The position numbers were made by a program, and so were the translations under genes. A DNA stretch of 64,000 nt from Epithemia pelagica (lineage: Eukaryota; Protista; Bacillariophyta), in the NCBI GenBank assembly GCA_946965045.2, contig OX337240.1, positions 1,364,001 to 1,428,000 on the forward strand. The letters run 5' to 3'. Shown here piece after piece: positions 12,060-24,451 of this stretch. Below the pieces are notes generated by a model. It saw only the letters and a program-made list of their open reading frames with translations. It was not told the origin of the DNA and made no database searches. Numbering within the stretch: the stretch's first letter is position 1; each line of letters opens with the position of its first letter.

Positions 12060-12809
12060 ATTTAATGTTTATTGATCGAACTGAAACAAACAGAGCAAAC
12101 CTGCGAGTCCAAAACCTGATAAAATGTGAAAAACACGATCAGTCAAAGTTAGAAATGTGATCCAGGCGTCTTCTTTCACCAACAAAGAGCGAACACTTCT
12201 TGCAAATTGTATTACGAGTATCAAAGGACAGACAGTCTACAATCTCAAACTGCATCGCATTTATGGTAAAATGAACTCCCATCCGTAACACACTCTGTCG
12301 ATATCGCTCGCACTCGACATTGTTTCTTTCGAACATACCAGAAAAGAAAGTATTTTGATCACCTCCTCAAGCCAAGCCGGCAACGAATAGACAATAGACA
12401 TGGATGGAAAAACGGTGCCCCAAAACTCTAGTACGAGCGGTAAGTGGTTCGAAAATTTTGTCACGCAATATTTCAGCGACCGATTGATGCCGAAGGCATT
12501 GATCACGGCGACAAAAAAACGAAAAGATGCGGCATCTCGGAGCAAATCAACACCTTGCGTCGTTGTGACAAAGAATGAAAAATCTTATGGGTTGTACGAG
12601 GTGTGCTCAGAAGCTGGAGCAGCAGTGTCTACTTACCCACAGCACCTCCTAGCTATATGGCCGATGCTCTTGGAAGCTACTCCTTTGCACATGCACACGT
12701 GATAAGTAACCCCAAGAAATGCACTACTTGCCAAGATCTGAACTCCATGGTTTGTCCGTCCCGAAATCTGATGACTTTCAATGTTCTTCAAGTGAGATCG
12801 AAGTACTGG

Positions 12810-13690
12810 TCGCATTTCGCATGGCTAGCAACTAGCAACCCCACTCTTGCTTCGCAGTTCGAAACGACCGGCGATTCAGAAATTTTGACTCCCACCATTG
12901 CAACCAATCAACAACCAGCAGCAGATCCGGTCACCATGGTCACAAAAATATGTTTTCTCCCAAATAGCAACCCACGGACGCGTAGTGACCAACGCATGGC
13001 TAGTATCCCTAATCTTGCCACGCAGACCACCGACCGGCGATTTAGAAATTTTGACTCCCACCATTGCAACCAATCAACAACCAACAGCAGATCCGATCAC
13101 CATGGTCACAAAAATATGTTTTCTCCCGAATATCAATCGATCTGTTCCCTTGGAAGTGTAGTGACCAACGCATGGCTAGTATCCCTAATCTTGCCACGCA
13201 GACCATCGGCGATTCAGATATTTTGACTCCCACCTTTGCAACCAATCAACAACCAGCAGCAAATCCGGTCACCATGGTCACAAAAATATGTTTTCTCCCA
13301 AATAGCAACCCACGGACGCGTAGTGACCAACGCATGGCTAGTATCCCTAATCTTGCCACGCAGACCACCGACCGGCGATTTAGAAATTTTGACTCCCACC
13401 ATTGCAACCAATCAACAACCAACAGCAGATCCGATCACCATGGTCACAAAAATATGTTTTCTCCCGAATATCAATCGATCTGTTCCCTTGGAAGTGTAGT
13501 GACCAACGCATGGCTAGTATCCCTAATCTTGCCACGCAGACCATCGGCGATTCAGATATTTTGACTCCCACCTTTGCAACCAATCAACAACCAGCAGCAA
13601 ATCCGATTACCATGCTCACAATAACATGTTTTATGTTTTCTCCCGAATATCAATCGATCTGTTCCCATGGGAACGGAGTGACCAACCAGA
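12810..13690. repeat. Tandem array of about 5 monomers alternating 162/176 bp (338-bp higher-order unit)
   Basis: The GTGACCAAC monomer start recurs at 12985, 13161, 13323, 13499 and 13678. ORF-track translations recur at a +338 offset. Confidence 0.92.
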
Positions 13691-14281
13691 TGCGAACACG
13701 CACGTTTTTCTCCGATCCACCAACGTCTATTTGGCATGACAGCGACACCCATGTCGTGGTTGGACTCGTACGACCTTCTTCTCTGTTCGATAAGGTCAAG
13801 CCTCTGTGGTACCATCGACGTACGATTGTGATCTCCTTGAGACTCGCAGGGACCTCCGGGATTATCGCTGTCCAACCAAAATCGTTCTTCAGCTCCACGA
13901 CACACGTTCAAAAACATGGTAACAAGCAGCCTTGTGCTCCCACAAGGGACACTTCGTAGAGCTACAAGTCTATGGAGCGGGATCAGAAAGTACCTCTTCC
14001 CTACGTCGTCTTTTCAATTTCAAAACAGATCGTAAAAGGCCCATCAACCAACCAAAATCATTCTCAGTTGCTGATAACTTTTTATTGACCAACCATGTAA
14101 AGAGTTTCGATGAAATCTCTGAAACATGAACCCGCGGGTGGTTACAAGAATGTTCATTTGAGACAAGAGCCACGTCAGTGGTCATCAAAATCCGAAATCC
14201 TTCGTCAGTTTGGTGCTCCATCTTCTCATAATTTCCAATCGAGCAAAACGATCAAGCAAGTTTCTACCTCAGTCTACGATT

Positions 14282-15309
14282 ATGTTGTCATTCTCTCTTT
14301 CATTCCTCTCTGTCTTTGCGTTGACCGTTGTCAACAGTGTCTCTGCCACGGCAGCAACATGGAAGGCTTACTCGGTAGCCGCTTGTCGTGGTGTTGATTT
14401 TAACACCCTTTCCTCCGCGGAACAAGAAAACTTTGCTGCAGCCATACAGACTTCGTTCAACCGAGTCCACGGACCCAACGAAGTCCTTTGGGACACGAAA
14501 TGGGACGCTGTGATTCCGGATGCGTTCCCAGGTTATTCTGAGACGCGCTTGGGTTGGCCTGAAGGGTAAGACTTTCTCCCCACCTCCTGTGCTTACATGA
14601 CACGAAGAAGCATCGTCTTACCCTTGTTGATATTTTTTGTTATCTTTCTTGACGATACAGCGGTGGATCAAATTCCCATCTTGAATGTCACTTATGCCCG
14701 GATGACGACGACAACTTTGACGACACCCTTCCCCTTTCTTTTTCACAAACATTCAAGCCGGATCTCGTTGAATGGGCGGCAGATCTCACCACGGAACTCC
14801 AGAGTAGCGGCCTAACTGGTTTGCAGGAGGCCACCGCTTGCTCTGTCAAAATCGACTTTACGCGAGTTGCAATGGTGGACACGGCTGTTCGTGTGCAGTG
14901 CCAGAACGTTGACTGGGATGTTCTGACGACATCGGAGCAGCAGTTTGCGGCTTCCCAGATGCAAAACTCCTTCAATAACGTCCATTCTGTTGATGAAGAC
15001 ATGATGCGACTCCAAAACATGAAGAGTGTTCCGGAAGTTGGAAAAGTCAACTCTTTGATTGACGTGTTGATTGGTTTTGCGTGGCCTTCGAAATATGGTT
15101 ATTTTACTGGAAGCTTCTCGGCCGACGTTGATGCCAAGGTAGATGTACCAGCTGCGACGCTACGACGCACCAACACCAAAGATGTGATGGCGTTTAATCT
15201 TTGGGAAACCGAATTTGAAAAGCTTCTTCACAGGGGACCCTTTTCTGCTCTTTCTCGTGCCGCCGACTGTCGCATTGAAATGAAAGTTGTGGACAGCAAC
15301 ATGGATTGA
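14282..15309 (+). CDS. Secreted protein of unknown function with an internally duplicated Cys-containing domain (about 310 aa)
   Basis: Exons 14282-14565 and 14661-15309 join in frame. Signal peptide MLSFSLSFLSVFALTVVNSVSA. Repeat pair CRGVDFNTLSSAEQENFAAAIQTSFNRVH / CQNVDWDVLTTSEQQFAASQMQNSFNNVH. Confidence 0.75.
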
Positions 15310-15988
15310 GAATCGCTGCGGGCAGAGAACATTGGTTCGCAATCTGTTGGGGTCGATTGCAAAGCTGTGTTCTGGGGTAAGTTTGATTGGATTGGGGAAT
15401 GGATAGGTTATAGGTTAGCAAAAGGAGATCAGAAGCGTTAATATATTAGACTCCTATAAGCATAATAAAAGAGGTTCTCTGTGGCGTTTCTAGATAGACG
15501 GGAGGATAGTCAACCCTACCTAGTACTTTCTCGTTTTCGCTGTGAAAGCCATGTCCACGTTACGCTGGTCGCTAAAGCACAAGTTCTTTTTCTCATTTGG
15601 ATGTGGCAAAAATTAAGAAGGACACGACAACGACACCATCTTTCAAGTATTTATTAGAAATTCTAACACTAAAATGTATGTCCAAGATCTTATTCACCAT
15701 GTTGATAAATGTGTTTCCTTCCTACTAGCCAGATGATTGCCCCCACCTCCCCAAGGTACACACGGGATGACCGTATCTGCGGGGGGAGTACATAAAAATG
15801 ATTAAAGCACAATGAAACAAACGAAACTGTGTGTGTGCGGTTGACATGTAGCTGCGATCTTTCTTCTGATTCATCTTTCTCGCGGTCCTGCATTAATCCT
15901 TATGAAATCCATACATAGGTCGAATGTCTATTCAACGATGTCCCTGTGTGTAATCCATGGATATGTGTCATCGTATTTCTCTCTTTCT

Positions 15989-17842
15989 CTAGGACAGTTC
16001 GTAGGTCACAGCTCCGCCATCCAGGTCATCCTCATCCAATGCCAGGGACGTTGTGGTGGCATTTTGCGATGACACGGGCATGTATTCAGCAACAACACTC
16101 TGAATTTGCTGTCGCATAAAGGCATTTTGGCGTCTGTATTGGACGTATCCAAATCCAGCAAAGACAACCATCAGAATGACCAACGCCACGACGAAGGTAG
16201 ATAAGGCCACACTGCCATTTTCGGTATCGATACCGAGAACCCCCGTATTTTGGTATGCACAAGAACCACGTTCTACGCATGTCTTTTCGTCGTGACAAGT
16301 GGAACATTCATGACAAATTGGTGGTTCTGATCCAGATGCAAAGCCGGCGCAGATTGCTTTGAACGTTGTATCAAAACTTAAGAAACCTCGAATCACAGCT
16401 TGGTTGACCACAAGAGAAGGGATAATAACAACTCCGGAAGCCTGTTGGTCAGCCAATTCCTTATCCAAAAGTACATTCTTAACATCTTCCGTGGTGCCAC
16501 CAGATTTTTTCATACAGTCATCGACTTTCGTCTTGTCTACTCCCGCTAATTCCATGGCCCGCTGCACACAGTCTTCGTCGCTAAAGACCTTGCCTCCAGA
16601 CGCAAAGGATCCACTATCACAGAGTTCGGTAAAGTGCTTGACATATTCCCACCAAGGCAATCCAATTCCATTGTCCTTGCCATACAAATTCCATACACAA
16701 ATTCGACGCAATGCTTCTTTCACCACTTCTTGCCCAGTGGCACCACTGTTGAGATCCAATTCAACGGAACAATATCGACCATGGTTGGTACACAAATCCA
16801 AACACAAGTCTGTTCCATCGTCACCATGACATCCAGCATATTCACCATCGTAAATGTACATGTGCGGCGTGAAGGAAGCATGATCTTGCAAGGCTTGAAC
16901 AGCACTAAAAAAATCTTCTTGCAATTCCCTTGTTACGTCATCTGCCGGAGATGTCCACAAATCGTACTCCACACGACTATCCGGTGCTGGAACCGAGAAA
17001 GACATTTGGACCCGGACATGCTCTCCTTTCAGTAAAGCCTTTCTGATCGGAACGGCATCTTCCTTGAACAAGAGAAAAGAGGGAATCGAGACATCTGATC
17101 CGCTGCCGTCGTCGGCCATAATAGGCCTGACAAAGTCGGGAAACACAGAAAAAGAAGAGTTAGACTCCAACCTGGAACGACCAATACAATATACCAAAGA
17201 ACAGTCGTTGCGAAGACCTACTCTTGAGATTCACAATAGGGCATTCCATTCGGACCTTGGTTATCTTCGTCTTCGGTGCACACCTCTCGACCACAGATAC
17301 AAACGTCGTCTGCAATTAAGACGGCTGACGCACCGGCCTTTTGTGCATTACGCACTTTTTGCACAAAGGAACAATCACCTCGGTCTATCATCATAATAAA
17401 GGGCGAAACCCAATTGGCCGTATCGAGCTGCTCCGCATTGAAATCGCACAAAGTAGTTTTGGCATAATACAAGGGTTGTTGAATCGATCCACCGTAGGGT
17501 GGGATGCCAAACATTGCATCTCGGTGATCGTATCCACCGGCCTTGTTCAACGATTGTGGAAGCTGCGAAGAAATTCAAAACAGAACAAGTTCAGACAAAG
17601 AGCAACAATAGTGAAAAAGAAACATTCTCCGATCGATCTTCTGCCGTCCCATCCAAAACACAAAGCGGAGAGGACGAAGTAACATGCACTCCCACCAACG
17701 ATACAACAACAACAAACACCCACGAATGACCTTTCCTTCCTATGCTTACCAACACATTGAATCTACTAGTTAACGCATCGGATCGACAAGAGTGTGGAGC
17801 CAGCAAGGCAAGCAGGACACATGCAACGAACGACGATTTCAT
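15989..17842 (-). CDS. VSR: Vacuolar sorting receptor (BP-80/VSR-like)
   Basis: Exons 17842-17750, 17562-17222 and 17126-15989. Signal peptide, PA domain (DRGDCSFVQKVRNAQKAGASAVLIAD), MADDGSG, VEYDLW, C-terminal TM helix and cytosolic YMP motif. Confidence 0.92.
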
Positions 17843-18392
17843 GTTCGTATTGGTCTTGTGGCTGTAGAATATCTTCTTGTCGAAGGAAACAACAATGAAA
17901 TGATCTTTCGTCTTGGACAGTGAGATCTGAATATTGTATCCAAGGTCCAAGTCCAAGGTCACTTTCTCCACGCGCAAAAGTGGACCGTTCCACTTTTCAG
18001 AGGGGGAGTGGGTCCACCGACCCCCTGACTCGTTCACGCAGAAAACCCGGTGAGAAGTGTGAGGGTTGATTTGGTCTTGGTCGTGGGGCAGCTCTACTAC
18101 TGGAGAAACCCAACGCACGCATACTATGTATTCGAGTAGAGAAGCCCGTATTGACACGCGCACAGAAACAGTTCGGGGTCGGGGTCCACGTCTGCCGTAA
18201 TCGCGACCGAATCTTTCGTCGTGCAACACGCGAAAATTTGGATCCTTTGGGCTTGCCCCATTATCTGTACGATTTTCTCATCACTTTTCTTGGACCTACC
18301 TTACCAACCGATCTGTGATACCTGGTCTGCTGTTCCTATTGCGGAAAGACTTCGAGCCTTTTTACCAAAGTAGCTGACGGAAAAGTGCACCG

Positions 18393-20095
18393 ATGTTCAA
18401 GGTCCAGATGAAGCAACAACTACGGTGCTGGTCATCGTCCTTTCACAAGGTCATTTTTCCCGTGGGTCAAACACGGTCGTTTCAGAGTCTCGGCAGCAAA
18501 ATCAACAACAATGGCCTAAAATCTTGCCAACAAGTCTCTGTTCAGGCAAAGTGGTTGAGCACATCAGCATCCGCTGGCGGTGGTGCGACCGACCCCCTCA
18601 AAGATCATATGCAAGCAATGAAACTTGCCGCCAGTATTGAGCCAATCCCCTTCACCAAAGATATTCCCATTACGCCCCTCAACGATTCCGTTCAAGGGGC
18701 CCAGCTTGCACACAAAAAGGTTACGATTGTGGGATGCGGACAAGTGGGAATGGCGATTGGCTATGCTATTTTGAATCAAACCACGGCAGGAACAATAGCC
18801 TTGGTTGACATGAATGAAGACAAGCTCATGGGAGAAGCCAAGGATTTGCAACAGGGATCGGGCTTTCACGAGAATGTTCGAATCGTTGCCGGATCGACCT
18901 ACGACGTCTCTGCGCAATCTCATTTGGTCATTGTCACAGCCGGAGCAGCACAGAAACCTGGAGAATCGCGTCTCAGCCTTGTGGAACGCAATTCCAAAAT
19001 TATGCAAGGCATCATTCCTCAAGTATTGGCGCATTCGCCCGACGCTGCCATTTGCATTGTCTCCAACCCGTACGTTTGTTTTGTGCTGTTGGTTTTGATT
19101 TAAGTCAACGCGTTGATTCCAATGAAAGGAGTATGCGAAAGGAATGTGCCATCTCTCATTGATCTTCATCTTTTTTCTCTCATTCACCGTCTTTTTCCCA
19201 TCGTCTTTTTTCTCTCGGACACGGTTCTCTAGATGTGACATTATGACGGCCGTGGCAGCACGAGCAGCGGGGCCCAATGTTCCTGCTGGTCGTATCTTTG
19301 GAAGTGGTACCTGTTTGGACTCGTCGAGATTACAATCTCTCTTGGCTCAAAAACTCGATATTGATGCACAATCCGTATCCGGCTACGTCGTGGGGGAACA
19401 TGGAGATTCTAGTGTTGCCTTGTGGAGTTCGGTACGTGTCATGGGTCTGATACATGTGAGTCGACATGTCCCTATCGTAAACTTACAGCAACCAACATGT
19501 TTGGATGCTTTTGTCATGTTCTCTTTGTGTAAACGATAATGATCCACTTGTGGGATGCAGGTACGAGTCGGTGGTGTGCCCATGTTAAAAGAAGGTGAGG
19601 AACCAAGTCCGGTTCATCATGCAATGCATCGAGCCGTCATTGATTCCGCCTACGATGTCATTCAACGCAAAGGATACACCAATTGGGCAGTTGGTTTGAC
19701 AGGAGCGTATATCGGCAAAGCCGTCTTGTACGATCAACGCAAGATCATGTAAGTCATGCCTCTACCTCATCGTTGTGCTGTCCGCTGGCTCCATGGAGTC
19801 ACAAGAGGTGTCGAAGTCAATACGACAGCCTCTCTTTCTTCATGTTTACTCACGCGAGTCGCCTCTGTCTCTCGGCATCTTTGTCATTCCTCAAAATATC
19901 TGTTCCTGCAGGACGGTCTCCACTTGTGTTCGTGGTATTCACGGTGTGGAAGAAGATGTCTTTTTGTCCATGCCATGCAGTCTGGGGGCCCATGGTGTTC
20001 GACGGGTGGTGAACCTTCCCATGACACCCACAGAAGTGGAAGCCTTTCAGAAGGCCGCCCAAACCATTTGGAAGGTACAAAAGGATATTTGGTAA
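18393..20095 (+). CDS. LDH: L-lactate dehydrogenase with a long N-terminal presequence
   Basis: Exons 18393-19069, 19233-19431, 19561-19748 and 19912-20095. Motifs GCGQVG, TAGAAQKPGESRL (Gln specificity residue), VSNPCD and GEHGDS. The last codons overlap a GTAAG, so a further intron is possible. Confidence 0.92.
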
Positions 20096-20104
20096 GCATC
20101 CATC

Positions 20105-20265
20105 GTCACTTTCTATCGCAAGTAATACCTCTAATTACTAGGTAGATAGAGAGAGACTGTATCGCGTGGGAAGATTATGTGGGTATGTCACTTTCTGTTG
20201 CAAGTAATACCTCTAATTACTAGGTAGAGAGACACTGTATCGCTTGGAAAGATTACGTGGGTATC
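20105..20265. repeat. Imperfect tandem duplication (about 82 bp x2) in the LDH 3' region
   Basis: GTCACTTTCT..GCAAGTAATACCTCTAATTACTAGGTAGA...AAGATTA.GTGGGTAT starts at both 20105 and 20187. Confidence 0.85.
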
Positions 20266-20477
20266 AGGACCTTGCCATTGGTTTCGCAGCTCGTAACAGT
20301 AGTTTAACTCGCCACAAGTAGAGAACATTCATGTTCCATTACAGATAACACCATCTGCCTCCAACAGGGGCTGATGAGATCAATGAGAGTTCCACACGTG
20401 CAAAGATCAAGTAACTCTCTTGATTAGGTAGACCGTGGAGAAATGTCCGTGGCATGCTTCGTCCATTTGGTTTCTCT

Positions 20478-21864
20478 CTAGTTCCTCTGCGTCGTTTGAT
20501 GGGCGGTTGTGCTGTTACCACCACCAATGGGACTGTGCTCAGCTACAGCGGCGACAGAAACCAACGTTTTCTGAGGAAGCACCAGGCCAGTCAATTGTTT
20601 TCCATAGACAGCGCCCGTATCCAATCCAATCGCTTTGGGACACAGTTGCAATCCTCGTCGTGCATCATGTCCAAAAATTACAGAATAGGGACCATCCCAT
20701 ACCGACGCCCATGGCACACAGGAGGGGCCAGGCTTGCCTTCCTCCTTGTCACAGGATTCCCACTTTTGTTCCATGCTTGGGTCATCAACCACTGGGAGCA
20801 ACCGTGCGAATGACGGTCATGGTCGAAATAGTTTGATCTTCCAATGGGACACCAGGTATGAGTCCTGCATGGACAATGAGCGTATCGTCTCTCTTTGCAT
20901 CATCCTGGTCCGCACGCTTGTCGTTCCCGTCCGTACCCGGATCAAAAAATGAATGGGGGATACAAATTGTATATGGCAAATCCGCCATCCACTGCACGTC
21001 CTCATCGGTCAGTCGCTTAGGCTCGTTGTCCCCCTTCTCCTCTTCCCCCGATTCCTTTTGTTGTTGCTTCTCATCACTTGTTGTATGTTGCTTGTCCTCA
21101 AATTTGGAACGTATCCATTGATAGGTTGCCTTGTCTCGTCGCTTGGGGTCACCCAGAGCGGCCAACAGGGCACTATTGTCATGATTGCCTCGGACGGAGA
21201 ACCATCCCGGTGTGGTTCGAACATGACGAATCACGGCCACGGACTGAGGTCCCTTGTTGCACAAATCTCCCACCAAAATGACAAACTCAAAGGGTCGTCC
21301 TTGATTGTGTTGCTGTATTGCTAATTCGTGCAGCATCAAGAGCTCGTCCAAACAACCATGGACATCGCCCACCACCAAAATGCCATGAGCTTCTCCTCCA
21401 GGTTGATGATGTGGATAGGCCCTTTTGTCGTTTTGATTGTCGGACCGTGAAAGAACGACGTGCATTTGCGGAGGCTTGGGGAGACGTCCATGGGTTTGAT
21501 AGTACCGGTCGACCTTTGTGTTGTAGGAACGGCGAGATGATGGATCCCTCGGAATCGCGAAATTACTTTTTTCACTCACAGCGATTGATCCAGAGGCGGC
21601 TTCCAAGGAGGTTCTGGATATCATTGAAAAACTGTCCCATCCTGGTTGCTGAGACAAGGGAAGGCTGGGATTGAATAGCGGTCCATGTTGTGGTGTTTGC
21701 TGGTGTGGACGAAAGAAGCTGGCCAAAAAAGGATATGCATTCTGTTTGACGCCCAAGGATTCCACGCCATGCTGAAGCTGCCCATGAATCACCAAACACG
21801 TCAAGGCAGTTGTCACTGCCGTTGCAGCAGCGGCAACCATTGGAGCATGGCGATTGGTCTTCAT
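20478..21864 (-). CDS. Metallophosphoesterase, ApaH/PrpE-like (diadenosine tetraphosphatase family), with an apparent frameshift near 20800
   Basis: GDVHG, GDLCNKGP, RGNHD and HAG lie in ORF 20785-21942. IFGHDARRGLQ and GLDTGAVYG lie in the overlapping ORF 20478-20801 in another frame. Confidence 0.85.
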
Positions 21865-22138
21865 GGACAGAAAACACAGGAAGACAAAAGTGATGGTGGA
21901 GCGATGACTGAGTTTGGTAGTCGCGTATAAAATGCATGACACGGCATGCTGGCGCGTTTCTACTTATTATACTTCCGAGTTCCGAGACACACTTATTGTT
22001 GCGCGCACCTTGTTTATTGTTTGTCTCATTTTTGTCAAGAGCCAACTGCCCAAACCATCACATCCAACGCGCACTTGGTGTCTTGTTGGTTTTGTTGTAA
22101 AACAAAGAGCACTGAAGAAAGACACAAGGTAAACGACC

Positions 22139-23509
22139 ATGTTGGGTGTCCCTTTCTTACAACACCTTGTTGTCTTTTCGACATGCTGGGGAACATTCGC
22201 AACGTCGCAAGCCACGAACGATCAAAAACATCGTCTGGTGGAATGGCTTCGGTCCCATGATGGGATATTCAGCGACAAGATTTCCTTTGATCCACCTCCT
22301 GCAAGTGCCGGGGACTCGAAAGCCGGCGGACTGTATGCCACTCAACCCATTCCAAAAGGCGAACGGCTCATGTTCATCCCACGCACCTGTTTGTTCAAGC
22401 CTCGCCGAGATTCAAGAGACAGATCCGTTTGTGGTACCGTCAAACGACTTGCGGACGAATACCTGGCCGGAGAGGATCAGTCGGACATGTGGCCCTACCT
22501 TCAATACGTGTTCGAATCGTTTCCGCATGACCACCTTCCATCGGCGTGGTCCAGAAATGCGCAAACGCTTTTCGCCAACATTGTGGGCATTGACATGCAC
22601 GAGCCAAACAGAATTGGGCGCTTTGAGTCCTGTCCACAGTACTATGAACGCAATTATCCCGAATACAATCGGTTGTTGGATACGGCGCGCAGAATTGTAG
22701 ATTCCAGAGGGTGGGACGAAGTGCTTGTCCCAGTGTTTGATATGGGCAACCATCGAAATGGATATTGGCATAACATGGATCAGTTGCATGACTCGAGAAC
22801 TTCCAAAGACTTTGAGATTGTTGCCCTTCGAGACATTGAAGCAGGGGAGCAGCTTTACTTGTCGTATAATCAGTGTCCAGACCACACGTGTGTTGGAGAA
22901 GAATATACTTTTATTACTCCCGACCTTTTCCGCGTTTACGGGTTTGTCGAACAATACCCTCAGCGCTGGAGATTTCACATTGGGGATGGAGACGATGATT
23001 ATCTTCTGTTTGAGCTTGATCAAGCCGCATCTTCTCTTACAAAGGCGGAATCGCAAGGTTTCAAGGTTACCTGGCTTAAAGGAGACACAGATTTTCAAAA
23101 CAAGTATCAAATTGAATGGATGCAGGTTCACCTGAAACGACTAGAAGGGATGAAAGACTTTGTGTTGTATGAGGCAAGGTACCTAAAGCCTCACGAAGGA
23201 GCATCCATCGTCTCATACTACGAAGCTCTTTCGAATGCCCTGAGACAGGCGATTGCTTCGGGCACACAGGGCAATGACCCATTGGACGGGTACAGCGATG
23301 GGTCATCCTCATCGCAAAACTTCTTGTCTCTGAGTACGCCTTATGACGAAAGCGAACTTAGCCGAAGCCTTCCTGTGGGAGGCAAACGGCATGGGGGGAA
23401 TGAAATGATGTACATTTTGGTGTTGCTTCCAGTTGCAGCAGCTGTCTATGGATTGAAAAAATACAGATTCATGTTCATGGGGAATCAAGACAAAAGTCAC
23501 GACACCTAG
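22139..23509 (+). CDS. Secretory-pathway SET-domain (Rubisco-LSMT-like) methyltransferase with a C-terminal TM helix
   Basis: N-terminal signal peptide. GLYATQPIPKGERLMFIP, LVPVFDMGNH and ALRDIEAGEQLYLSY motifs. Hydrophobic helix YILVLLPVAAAVYGL near the C-terminus. Confidence 0.88.
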   Translation: MLGVPFLQHLVVFSTCWGTFATSQATNDQKHRLVEWLRSHDGIFSDKISFDPPPASAGDSKAGGLYATQPIPKGERLMFIPRTCLFKPRRDSRDRSVCGTVKRLADEYLAGEDQSDMWPYLQYVFESFPHDHLPSAWSRNAQTLFANIVGIDMHEPNRIGRFESCPQYYERNYPEYNRLLDTARRIVDSRGWDEVLVPVFDMGNHRNGYWHNMDQLHDSRTSKDFEIVALRDIEAGEQLYLSYNQCPDHTCVGEEYTFITPDLFRVYGFVEQYPQRWRFHIGDGDDDYLLFELDQAASSLTKAESQGFKVTWLKGDTDFQNKYQIEWMQVHLKRLEGMKDFVLYEARYLKPHEGASIVSYYEALSNALRQAIASGTQGNDPLDGYSDGSSSSQNFLSLSTPYDESELSRSLPVGGKRHGGNEMMYILVLLPVAAAVYGLKKYRFMFMGNQDKSHDT

Positions 23510-24451
23510 ATAGCTAGAGCGAATTACCCCTCCTCTACTAGTAGAGGCATCAAATGAATCAAATCATTGTTCAAGTTCTACTTTCTCACCAATGTCATGA
23601 ATTTCTCGTAGAAGTATTAGAGGGATGAGCCTACCTAAGAATTGTTTTTAGAATGACGGCGTCATTTGAGGGAAGAGAAGGAGGACATAGATGAGGATCC
23701 GCTGCCGTGAGGTGGTGGAAAGTGGAAATGGTCAGTAGTTAGCATAGTTTATAGGAATGGAGATGCATGACTCATATGCGACTATATATACCTCTCGCTG
23801 GGGAGTATATAGATATGTTCCTTCCTGATTATGATAACCGCAGTATCTCATTATCGTTGGATTTTACCAACAACAGCAAACCCGATGCTCGTTGGATCGG
23901 GTCAAGAGAGAAATTGCCGTTAGTGTCGTAGTAGGAGAACAGGTCCAAGGAAATGTCCGCATGCCATTCAACCGTACGGTGCCTTTGTCAATGTCAGATG
24001 CCATACCAATGTGTTGTGGCTCAAGTCACTCTTGTGGTCCATGGTTGTTCAAGAGGATCGACCGCTCACGTTGGGACAGTCCGTTTCAGTATGTGTGTTG
24101 ATTGACAAGGATATGGACAACACCATGGAAGTTTCCACTCTGAGTGCGGAACTGGATGCCGCCGTTGATCCGACCGCGACAACGACGAGCCGAAGTCTAG
24201 AGAAACGGAGATGAGTGTCCATCTATCCTTTCGTTCACATGAAAATTCTAGCAACGAGAACGAGAGATGACTGAATCTCGGAGATTCGGTCGCGACAAAA
24301 AATGGCAAGAAAATCGTTGCAATGTCAAACCTTACAAGAACTCATACTCCTGCAACGTCGAGAAGATGGCCATAAAGGATATCCGACCTGCCGAAAGATC
24401 AACCAATGTGCAAGTTTGCCTTAAATTTTACGCTTTGGACCATCATGCACA

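Noticed and set aside
12261-12815. Spliced minus-strand gene using GTAAGT near 12635
   Set aside because: The phase-compatible upstream frame contains a stop codon, so no coherent model results.
12810-13690. CRISPR-like array or repeat-encoded protein
   Set aside because: The host is a eukaryote, there are no unique spacers or cas genes, and the 338-bp period is not a multiple of 3. The many short ORFs here are repeat artefacts.
13650-14221. Two minus-strand ORFs sharing an NDFGW motif
   Set aside because: Only about 17 bp of similarity and no recognisable family. Cannot be distinguished from chance or decayed TE sequence.
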